From assembly GCA_029953675.1 (NCBI GenBank), contig JAMWBK010000002.1:1364001-1428000 (forward strand): a DNA stretch of 64,000 nucleotides. The letters are read 5' to 3'. Shown here one piece after another: positions 12,336 to 23,114 of this stretch. The notes beneath the pieces are model-generated. The model had not been told where the DNA came from. It searched no databases and was given only the letters and a program-made list of their open reading frames with translations. The position numbers and the translations under genes were made by a program. This DNA comes from Rhodosorus marinus CCMP1338. Lineage: Eukaryota; Plantae; Rhodophyta. How positions within the stretch are numbered: the first letter of the stretch is position 1; every line of letters begins with the position of its first letter.

Positions 12336-14065
12336 ATGGATCCGATTAAGTATCGTCCACGCGATACGTTCGACACGCAGAGCTTCACGAACAATGCGGG
12401 TCAGCCGGTTTTCAACAACACGAACTCTATGTCGGTGGGGAAACGGGGCCCGCTTCTGCTTGAGGATTATCATTTGTTGGAGAAGCTTGCGAATTTTGAC
12501 AGGGAGAGGATCCCTGAACGTGTTGTACATGCCCGAGGAGCGACTGCAAAGGGCTTCTTTGAAGTTACACATGACATCAGTCATTTGACATGTGCGGACG
12601 TGTTCAATGACGTTGGCAAGAAGACGCCAGTTGCTATGCGCTTTTCCACAGTCGTTCACAGCAGGCATTCTCCTGAGACTCTGCGTGACCCTCGGGGTTT
12701 TGCTGTTAAGTTCTACACGAGGGAGGGTAACTGGGATCTTGTAGGGAACAATTTCCCAGTGTTCTTCATCCGGGATGGAATTAAATTCCCAGACATGGTC
12801 CACTCATTCAAGCCAAACCCAAGAACTGAGAACCAGGTAGGTTCCTCAACACAAACTACTCTTTGAGATGCATGGACGGAGTGGACTTTACTGATAACGG
12901 GTGGAATTTAAACATGTTCTATAGGAATGGTGGCGAGTCTGGGATTTCTTCTCTCACCACCCGGAATCCTGTCACATGTTCACTTTCCTACTGGACGATA
13001 TGGGCATTCCAAAGGATTACCGTCACATGATTGGATCTGGTGTCCATACTTTCCGCTTAATCAACGGGCAAGGGAAGGATCACTATGTGAAATTCCACTG
13101 GAAACCTACTTGTGGGGAAGAAAACCTTCTCGATGAGGAGGCGGAGATCGTCGGGGGCAAGGACTTCAGCCACGCAACGCATGACCTCATCAACTCCATT
13201 GATGCTGGAATGTTCCCGGAGTGGAAGCTTTTCATCCAGGTGAGCGACGAACGAACACAGTTTCTGCCTGGCAAGGGGAATTTTCAGCTTTGGAAAGTTT
13301 ACTGAGCCTCTGGAACAATTGTAACATATCAGGTTATGGATCCCATTACTCAAGACGACTATGAGTTTGATCCATTGGACGTAACGAAGATTTGGCCGGA
13401 AGATAGATTCCCTCTGATGCCAGTGGGCCGTATGGTACTCAACAGGAACGTGGACAACCAATTCCTTGAGAATGAGCAGATAGCATTCTCGCCGGCTCTC
13501 GTCGTGCCTGGAATCTACTACTCCGAGGACAAGCTCCTGCAAACTCGTATCTTCTCTTACACGGACACACAAAGGTACAGGCTTGGTGGGAACTATTTGA
13601 TGCTCCCAATCAACGCCCCGAAGAACGCCCATCACAACAACCACTATGATGGAGCGCTTAACTTCATGCACCGTGAGGAAGAAATCAACTACTTCCCATC
13701 CCGCTTGAATAAGGTAGGAACCCGCCGGCTAAAAGTCTTGCTTTTCACCTGTACGTGGAATCTGGACTGAATATCTATTTCCTTAGGTTGTGGAAGCACC
13801 GGAATACCCACTCCCTCAGGCGAACGTCGGCGGACCCCGCGCCAAGGCTACTATTGAAAAGGAAAACAACTTCCAACAAGCGGGAGAACGGTTCCGCTCA
13901 TTCGATCCAGAGCGGAAGGAGCGGTTCATCACAAGGGTTTCTGACGCTCTGAACGCACCGAGAGTTTCACCGGAAGCGAAGAGCATTTGGCTCGGCTACT
14001 GGAGCGAGTGCGATATTGAGCTTGGCCGTAGACTGGCTAGTACCGTCAAGATCAACAAAATGTAA
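12336..14065 (+). CDS. CAT: Heme catalase, plant-type, multi-exon
   Basis: MDPIKYRP N-terminus, [16 protein letters not shown] (distal His), [37 protein letters not shown] (proximal Tyr). Stop at 14065. Confidence 0.96.
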
Positions 14066-15070
14066 ATTCTCTGGTCAGATTCTCTTGTTCTCTATTTCCC
14101 CTCTCGTTTCACGGTGATATGATTACACTCGCTACCAGGTAGGTTCAAGTAAGCCTTCCCTATTTGCCACTAGTCAACGGTCCACCAGGCAAGGACCGGC
14201 ATTCCAATCCTATGAGTCAGCATCCATTGAAGTGCTTCGTCTCGTCTGGTAAAGGAGTGCTGCTTTGAACTCACTGCTGAGCCTTCACCATCAAGCATCG
14301 CGGTATCCCCACACATGTATTCTGGTCGGTGCCGTTCCGAAGCATTTAGAGTCCAGGGAGGAACACCACATGAAGGAAGGGCAACACCCCTGTCAGACCG
14401 ATTCTTGTAACAGGAATCAAGTCCCAACCTCTCTCGTTCACGTGCCATTTACAAGCAGTTCGTGAGTGTCTGGGTTTGCACAAACCTCTACCCCATACTA
14501 CCTTGTCGGAAAGGGGAAGAAACATAGCGAAGGGCACTACACCCCCGAAAAGGAGCTAAAGTCCACGGTCTAAACCCTATGAACACAAGCGGACGCCCGT
14601 TGACTCTACCGTCACATCGGTTTTGGCAACATAAGAGTAGACATAGATGTATCTACACCCCGGTTCGATGGCCTACCCGGAGATACCAGATATTCTAGAG
14701 ACTCCGTGTATAGCTAGGTGACAAGGATCGAAGAGTCCCTCATTATTCTCCGTTCAAGTTCCCAGGTATCCATTTCGTCATCACTCTACGTCCTTCAGAC
14801 TATTATCCCTTCCCAGTGGATGCTTCTGGTAGCCTTCACACGCAACTTTCACGAAGATTTCTGACGAGAAAGAAAAGGGGCAGGTATCTGCCCTGGTTTC
14901 GAGAGGGAGAGAGGACTATTCTTCTGGTTTTCGGTCGGTGTCACGCTTGGTGGGTTTCCACAAAGGCTCGCTGATTCCGTATGATGAGCGAGCTGCGTGG
15001 CCGTGTATGATAAAACTTGCCTTCAGCTCCAATGTGTTGATAGAAGAGACTGGTGTTTTTTGAAGGGGGT

Positions 15071-17645
15071 ATGGCTGGGGGGAGCGAGAAAGAGGACCGT
15101 TCGTCAGCAGAAATGGCTGGCCCTCCTCCTACAATAAACTTTACCACAGGAAACCCGCAAGGAAACCTTGTTCGGGGAAAACTACAATTGTCCAGCGGAC
15201 TGCGAAGAGCTCTTCGACTAGCAATCCTGAAAGTGCCGACGTATATGACGGCAGCGGTGAGTCAATTCCCGTGCGCTGACGAATCAAGAAGAATATGAAC
15301 TGAAGAGCTCATATCTGGTGTTGCTCCTTGCCGTCCCAGGACCTGTGCCATTTTCTCGCTTTGTATGAGTCAAAAATTCGATGCTTGTGGCTTCTGAGGG
15401 ACGTCGAAGAACGGAACAGCTATGACGTACTACTTAGGTAACTAAATTTCTTCCTTTGCCCAACCAGCTGGTCACCCGTTGGTCACCCGTTGTCGACACA
15501 TGGTAGTTCAATGCTTACGCTTGAACAAGCTTTCACCGATGCCACGAATGAGCATCCTTCGTCCAGTCGCTCTAGAGTACGTTCGGGTTTGTTTTTTTCT
15601 TACCTTGAAATCTCCTTATTCCTACTACTCTTGTTCTTGCGGAAAAGCTTTAACGATGAGACCAGTCTGACCGAGTTCGCCGCCGAATTTGATGGAAAAG
15701 TCTTTAGCACTCTGGGCCCTGACCGCTGTCGTCTGTTCGCTGCGACTTCTGTGACGGTCGAGGGGGATAATAGTGAGCCCAAGTGAGCAATTCAAAATTT
15801 CCATCTATTGAGAAGATATGGTGGAATCAGTTTGAACTGACCCGAGTCCAAATATCCCAAACTCTTCAGAGACTCCTCCTCCCAGGATTCGGAAAAATGC
15901 CCTATTTGCCTTGACGTACTGGAAACCGGAGGGGTGACCTGCAACTTCACTGCGTCGCTCTTTGACAACTCAAATACATCAACGAGCAATGGAGAGGATG
16001 GACTTTGCAACAAAGACTCAGACTCTGCGACAGGTGAAATGCGGTCGCTTATTGTTACTCTATGCGGACACAGCATGCACATCCATTGCCTCGCCCAGTG
16101 GGGGGACAATTCGTGCCCTGTCTGTAGATTTGGATTGGTAATCGGCAGTGGATTCTTCCATGGCATGGCTCGTTTGATTTTCGCATGTTATCTGATTTTT
16201 CTACGTACTTTCGGTCAGGAACCTTCTCCGGAGTCGAATACATGTCAGGAATGCGAAGTCAGCGAGTCACTATGGATGTGTTTGATTTGCGGACATGTTG
16301 GCTGTGGAAGGCGAGTCCAGCAACATGCGTTGCTCCATTTCAAGAGAACATCTCATACGTTTTCGGTTGTAAGCACCGCAATGCAGCAACTCCATTGCAA
16401 TTTACCGGTTGATGACTTGGATTATTGAAAGCAATGAGTTTCTGTTTATTTGTACAGGAGATTGAAAGCGGAAAGGTCTGGGACTATGTCGGTGACAACT
16501 TCGTGCACCGGTAGGCTTTAGGAACCGTATTATATTCTATCGTCTTTTGGCTACAGCAGTCCTCTCCTAAGCTGTCGATTTTTTCGTTTCCCGACCAGAT
16601 TGATTGCCAGCAGCTCTGAGGACAAGATTGTGGAAGTTTCTCGCAATGTTTCAACAAGCAGCGTCAACTCCCAAGCTGTAGCCGAGGTTAGACCTGGCTT
16701 CACTGCTGTTGAAAGTTTGAATGAGTCCACTGAGGTGTTCGGACTCTCTCATTTGTTGTCAGGTTCACACAGCGCATCAATCCTTGGTGGAGTCAGTAGT
16801 GGATTCCTACAATCGGCAGGTTACGGAGGAGTTGGATCGACAACGGCTTCATTATGAGAAACAGATAAAGGAGATGGATCGCGATAGGTAAGAAGTCCGT
16901 ACATATCAACTGCTTTTGATGAGTCCTGCACGGAGATCGCATGGGGTTGAAAGATTATTGTTGTGGACTTCAAGTCCTGACCCGTGGATGACAGAGCGCG
17001 ATCCTAGGACTTGCTCTGAGTTAGCGATCAACGCAAGTCTTTGCTGAAAGGAGCCCACATTGGACCACTTCGACTAACAGGGAGCGACGAGTAGGGAAGC
17101 TGAAGGAAGACTTGAAAAACGAAACCGCACTGAATAGAAAAGCCCGCGAGTTGAATTCGACGTCGACGAAAACCGTGGAGAAGCTTCGTATATCCTGTGC
17201 AGAGGTGGAAGCGCGCTTAAAGGAGCTGAGAAAACGTAGTACCGCGTACAAGCGGCTGCAAAACAAGGTAGAACAGGGTAACGTATGCTGCGGTTCTACA
17301 AGATTTGATCTCGCCTCCGCGCTCAAAACAGCAAGCGCTGACGCTCCACTATCTCTTCCGGATCAATTCTGATTACAGTATCACAGGAGGACACAACTGA
17401 AAGAGCTCGAGGAGAAGATATCTACGTATGACTCCGAAGCGATATTGCTGAAGGAGCAAATTAGGGACATATCATTGCACCTGAACACTCTCGATACGCT
17501 CGTGGCTTCAGCAGCAGATGGTGACTCCGCCGATGAGCCTTCATCGGGACCTTCTCAAATGGACAAGATTAAGAGCGAAATTGCTGGAGCAGCCGTTGTT
17601 GGGATTGCACCAGCAACCCGAAAAAATCTTAGAAATAAGCGGTGA
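15071..17645 (+). CDS. BRAP2/ETP1-like RING finger + ZnF-UBP E3 ligase with C-terminal coiled coil, multi-exon
   Basis: FTTGNP..VRGKL N-terminus; RING CPICLD...CGHSMHIHCLAQWGDNSCPVCR; ZnF-UBP CQECEVSESLWMCLICGHVGCGR..QHALLHF; VWDYVGDNFVHRL; coiled-coil exons to stop 17645. Confidence 0.88.
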
Positions 17646-18000
17646 AAGACTCAGGGTGCAGAAGAGCAGGGGATGTGCGAAGCTAGTGCATTGGTCAATC
17701 GGCCGTTCGGAACAAGCAATGGTTGGCAGCTGCTAGCTTCTCGGCAATGCGGATCAAAATGAATCATCAAAAATCGTACTTTTGGAAGCTGATTTCTGCC
17801 AGGATACTGCAAAGAGTGATACATTTACGAGACAACTATATTTCTATTGAAGCACTGCAGATCAGACTTTGGGGGCAATCCCCAATGTTTAACATCAGCA
17901 GAAGCATTGAAGAATTCGAATATCTCTGCTGTGTGGAGATTCTTGCAGCTCGAGTCTGGTCTCTGCAAATTCGAGAATTGTCGCAGTGTTGTGGTCGAAC

Positions 18001-18366
18001 CTGCGGGTTGTGTTCAACGCTCGTCTCAACCGTGCCGGACTTTAAGCGACTCAAGTCAGCGTCTGACTGGGGAAAAGCCCTGTGGAAGTTTTTGTTGGGG
18101 ACGGGAGGTTGGCGAAGGCTTGACGAAAAAGAAAGTTTCTTCCTCCTTCACATGAGGTCAGCAAAAAGCAACCAGCAGTGGGCCGCGGGTTGCGTTCAAC
18201 GCTCAGCGCAATCCTGACGAACTTTAGGCGACTTGGGTCAGGCTCTGACTTCAGGGATAGCGCTGTGGACGTTTTTGTAAGAGACGTGAGGTTGTCGAAG
18301 GTTTGACAAAAAAAGAGGTCTCTTCCTCCTTCACATGAAGTTAACAAAAAAAAGAGCGACAGGGGG
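18001..18366. repeat. Degenerate two-copy tandem repeat, period about 182 nt; possibly a Ty1/Copia RT relic
   Basis: gcgggttg(t/c)gttcaacgctc at 18003 and 18185; cttcctccttcacatga in both copies. Conceptual translations ...DWGKALWKFLLGTGGWRRLDEKESFFLLH and RTLGDLGQA faintly resemble Copia RT (inference). Confidence 0.7.
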
Positions 18367-18577
18367 CTGGCAGGGAAAAAGATTCTTGAGGCAGTTTACA
18401 TAAGTTCCCAGTCAGTTTCGGGCAGCTACATCAGCGCAACACATAAGTCGTCGCTTTCTGACTCTCAGAGGGGCATAGACGTTCCTGAGCAGTTCTATCA
18501 AAGGGATCGGCTCTGAAACATTCTGAAACAAACTGGGGGAGTTCAAAATCGGTTTCTTTCTGTTCGTGAGGCGTTGC

Positions 18578-19354
18578 TCACTCCTCCGCACGCTTCTGCA
18601 GGTCTCCGATCACCTTAGTGAACTGAGCCTTTATCCTCTCCGGAGCGAGCGATACCTGGGACTTAAAGTTCTGCGCCGCCTCCGTAGTAGCGCGTTGGGC
18701 TCTCCCCAGCATACTCACAATCGATCTCGCCATTTCTTCGTCAAAATAAAGATAGACTGCAAACGCGATGAGGGCCAACATCAGAACCACAATTACACCA
18801 ATCTGAACATATCTCAGCCTCAGCTCTTTGTTCTCGATTTTCTCCACGTTTTCAGGGGCAGGTATGGTCTCATGTACCGGTTTGCTTGCAGTATTCATCA
18901 CCTTCTGAGCCCGCTTGCTCTCCATTGAGGAACCGCCCTCCAGTTCCCTTTGGGCAAACTCCAACCGCACCGCTTCCTCCACTAGGTCCTTTTTGATCGT
19001 CCTCGGATCACACTGGCTGCCTTCTGCCTCAAGGTACTTGATGAGATCAGGCTTGATCATCTTGTTGAACTTGTTCCGCAAGCCACGTAGCAGGTCCTCC
19101 TCAGGGAGAGAGGAAGAAATTGTCGCCAAATCGTGTTTTATCCGCTGTTGCTGCTGAGTGCGTGGTCGCGCTCGTTGCTGCTGCGCGGTAAGTTGCGCCT
19201 GATACTGCGTCGCTGCGAACACAAAGTCAGCCTTTAGCGGACGTGGCTTACCCTCACCACTCTTGACACTTCCCAGCGGCACGTTGTTGTCCATGAGATA
19301 TTGCTTGACCTCAACTAAGGTTAGCTTATCGAATTGAACTATTGTAGTCGTCAT
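18578..19354 (-). CDS. Protein with two HeH/LEM- or SAP-like helical motifs and one transmembrane helix (258 aa; a further 3' exon is possible)
   Basis: Continuous ORF from ATG 19354. Motifs LTLVEVKQYLMDNNVPL...LKADFV and KMIKPDLIKYLEAEG...IKKDLVEEA; TM segment YVQIGVIVVLMLALIAFAVYLYF. A possible GTGAGC donor overlaps the stop. Confidence 0.7.
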   Translation of the reverse strand: MTTTIVQFDKLTLVEVKQYLMDNNVPLGSVKSGEGKPRPLKADFVFAATQYQAQLTAQQQRARPRTQQQQRIKHDLATISSSLPEEDLLRGLRNKFNKMIKPDLIKYLEAEGSQCDPRTIKKDLVEEAVRLEFAQRELEGGSSMESKRAQKVMNTASKPVHETIPAPENVEKIENKELRLRYVQIGVIVVLMLALIAFAVYLYFDEEMARSIVSMLGRAQRATTEAAQNFKSQVSLAPERIKAQFTKVIGDLQKRAEE

Positions 19355-20841
19355 GATTACGATTCACTCCTTTGGTCGTTCAGGAACCAGACGGAGTCTG
19401 CGATAGTCTTGCACCAAATCTTCCTCGCCCTTCCTCTTCTATAACTCTTTCCCGATATCCGTTCTTCCACAGTCTCACATGCACCCTAGCCAGTCCTAAA
19501 TCTCCTGGTTTTGTCCTCCGCGGGTCGGTCCGGTTGACCCTGTCACCAACACTGGCAATGCTCTTCAGCTTCCGTCAGCGGGGTGGTGACTTTGTCTGAC
19601 TCATCAGGGTTATCCACACAGTCCCTGGACAATGATTGTGAGCTTCGTACTATGCTACAGGATACTAAATAAAATAAATTTCATCCAACCGCGGACTAGC
19701 TTTGATCGCACGTATCCAGACCTTGGAACTAGCGGAAAAGAGGGAATGCTCCTTACGCCGTGCTTAACCGAACACAAAAACGGGGAAAAAATAACGGAAA
19801 CTATCCAGAGAATTGGGAATTACGTGGGTGTATTAGTTTTGACAGTGCCTGCCGCCCTTTGTAACTAGAAGAACGGCAATTTGGATGACAGAGTGGGTCT
19901 CACTCGGCTTGGTTTGACGACCAAAACGTATTGCCATTCCCTGAAACGGAGTTGACCGTTTCAAATATATTATTATTTTGTGTTATCTTTGGTTGATTTT
20001 TTGAATATCGCATTTTGTAACGGCGATGTGGTTGGTCGAGTGCACACAAGGTTCTGGTAGGCAACCAAAGCCGGGAGGGAGGGAAAGCGGGGTGGGGGGG
20101 GGACGGTTTGTCGAGTTTCTGGTATGAGCGTCCATCAGATCCTGGGTCCATGGTATTAGATTCCGAGTGCACAGTTTATTCTTCAAAAAAATTGCTTTCG
20201 CCGTAAATATAGGCTCCGCTCCTTTGGGGCTTTGTTTTTTCGGCTCGAGGGGAGAACGAAAACTGATCCGTATCGGAAAGAATGATGACGTCTGGGTCTA
20301 CTAGTCCTGTCGGCGGTAAGCTCTGATTGCCAAACGTTGGAAAGCGGCTGGTCTTCTACTGATGTCTTTGTGACCGTTGTATATGATGTCACAGAAGATG
20401 GCAATAGGGTACCAGCTGCACGAACGGTCTCTACCTTATGTCTCGAGTTTTGATGCCCAAAGAGACACCGCCCCTTTCACTCTCTAGATGAATCCCACTC
20501 AGCTAATACATCATTAGGCACCTTGGTGACATGTACTGGTCTCGCCAGCAATCCAGTTCAGCAAGTCCACACTTTCTGTCTACCATGGCACAAGGAACAG
20601 ATCCATTTATTCTCCGCTATCATGTTCTGTGCCTAGCACAGACCCTATTCCATATCCTCGTGAAAGTCTTCGAGGCACGCACTGCACTTTCCAGGGACGC
20701 CCAAAGTCTGAGGGCAGGATGAAGCTCTTCGAAAGCTCCTGCTTACGAGTGATCTCTTACAATGAAGACGCTTCCTGAACAGTTTCTGTCTAGTTAGTCT
20801 GGGGTTACGTTTGCTCTGCGTTGCCTTCTGGCCAAGCTTGA

Positions 20842-21950
20842 ATGGCAGTGGATGGGCTCTTTGAGAGTGTGAGTGAGAGAGGCTCAAGGCAACGGGACCA
20901 TTGGCGCGGTCTATGTAGGTCGTGATGGGGACACCTAAAGACGCCGTGGATTCTTTTATCATCTGCTCGTCTGCTTGTCCAAATGTTTCTGTGTTCGAAG
21001 CGATTGCATGGACAGTTGCCTTGGCATTGGGGTTCGTTCTCGTTCTGTATCTTCCGTGGTGCAGAGGAGATCGGGACAGGCGCGACGTCATTTTATCGAG
21101 GATAGCAACAACGGGACTATTGGCTTGTGTCTCGGTCGTAGGTTTGTCGTTCAGAGTCGGGTGGCGTTGCGCTGCATGTACGAACGGATTCGGAGATCTA
21201 GCGTATGGCGTAAGAGGCGTGCTGTTCTCTTCTCTCCTAACCGCAAGCGCCTACCTCGGTGACCTTTCCATCATTGTCGTGGATAAAGTACCTGTCTTTG
21301 TAGGCGAACCCTCTTAAGTTGGCCAAGGTGGGAACACAGATGCTGAAACCATGCACGCATTATTTGCCAAAAAATAGCAGGAAAGGCTCGAGCCAGATCG
21401 ATATATAAGAATCCGAAACTACGTCGCTGGACCGATGCTGGAAGAGATAGTTTTTCGCGGGGTCTGCTGCACAATATGCATGTGTGCATTCCCAGAATCA
21501 AATCTGAACGTCTACACTACACCTGCAATTCTATTCTCTATCTCACACGCTCATCATGCCATTCGGCTTGCACGGACTACCAGCTACGCACCAAGTTATA
21601 TAATCGCGACGACCCTGGCACAGGTGCTGTATACTGCCATCTTCGGGCTATACGCGGGGATCATCTTTCTCAAACTAGGTGGAATCTTATCAGCGATTAC
21701 CGTACATGTCATATGCAACTTCATGTCCCTACCGGACGTCGAAGGTAAGCCACCCACATTCCGCCTCGTCTTCCCAAAACCCTTAAGAGTCATTTCAGAT
21801 ACTGACCCAAGCTACTCGCCAACCCCCCGACGGCAAACGCGGTAAAAAAAAAAAGGCATCTTACATCACTCCCACCGCATTCCTCTTTTTCTATTATTTC
21901 TAACTGGGATGGGTGTTTTCGCGGTTGCAGTTATATTTCTGCTGATTTAA
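20842..21950 (+). CDS. RCE1: CAAX prenyl protease 2 (RCE1/Abi family), multi-exon; start (20842 or 20925) and C-terminus uncertain
   Basis: FVLVLYL...RDRRDVILSR, RNYVAGPMLEEIVFRG (EExxxR), FSISHAHH, YTAIFGLYA, HVICNFMSLP. A final TM-like segment ending at TAA 21950 needs one extra A in the A11 run at 21844-21854. Confidence 0.85.
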
Positions 21951-23114
21951 TCCAATCATAGACTATCCCGCCATCTTTATCAAAATTACTCCTTATTTAT
22001 TGGCTGAATGATATTAGAATTATGGATGAAATTATCAACCTTATAGTTGTTGTGGCGAATTAAGTTCGCGCACTGAAAGTTAGAGTATTCTTTAGCTTAA
22101 TGGATGACAGGTTAGAGGATGAATGCTTGAATTTATTTAAGGTTTTCATAGGTTCGGAAAGCTAGGGCTCCTAATGCTAAGGTGTCACATAAGCACTACG
22201 AGGTGGTTCGGGGAGGGAGGTGGTCAGAGTGTTGAGGCCCGGTGAAGGAAGTACTTTTTCTTCTTCTGTGTTCGGATTGAACGTTTTGGTCCTTCTAGCG
22301 CTTATCTATGTTTTGATCCTGTTCTGGAGGAGGATGAGGCAGGTTTTCGAGGTGTGTGTGTGTATATGTGTGTGTGTATCGTGTGTGTGGGTATGAGGGA
22401 ATAATTTGAGGGGCTGTGTTTTTTTGAGAGGTAACTTTTCTTTGGTTGACTGGAAGTGGAAAGGGTTTGCGTTGCTCTTTTTGGTGGATAGAACTGCTCT
22501 CTCTGAAGGTTGGTTTTTGCTGGAGAGTTTTTGCCTCGTCCACGTCCTGTCGTGACGTCCATTTGGAAGGGATGAGCTCTCAACCGAAGAAGAGGCAGAG
22601 GTTGGCGGGGAGGTGATTTTTGTTTTAATGCAGACGTGGCGTTTTCTGGTTTTTTGTAAAATAGCTAGTTAAAATGTGTAATTTTTTAATTCTTCTCCCG
22701 GTCAGTTCCGCGGAGTCCCTTAAGATCGACAACTTCTTCAAACCTGTTGGAAGCAATGCTTCAGTGAAAGCACAGCACTCACCGATTAAGAGCGACGACT
22801 CAAAGTCGGGTCAGCAGGGTATGTCGAACTGGAAAACCTGAAAATTCGAAAGCCTATGTTCATGTTTTAGTGTTGACTGAGCAGCTTAGAGGAAACACGA
22901 GGAGCTAGTTGGCCCAAGTTTTCGAGCAAGCAGTCTTAAGCAGTCCAATAGTCAGAGCTCCTCACGTGAGGAATAATATCGCCTATGATCCAAAGTGGTT
23001 CTTTTGCTGAGCATCCCGTTTGGCTTTTCCAATTGTTTCATAGGACTGGTACCTCAGGAGAAATCAGAGCGTGAGTTAGGAGCGGACCGTGAGTTCAATG
23101 CTGACCGCAAGGAG

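Noticed and set aside
14170-14900. Possible minus-strand gene between catalase and BRAP2
   Set aside because: It has only short ORFs and no recognisable motif or consistent exon chain.
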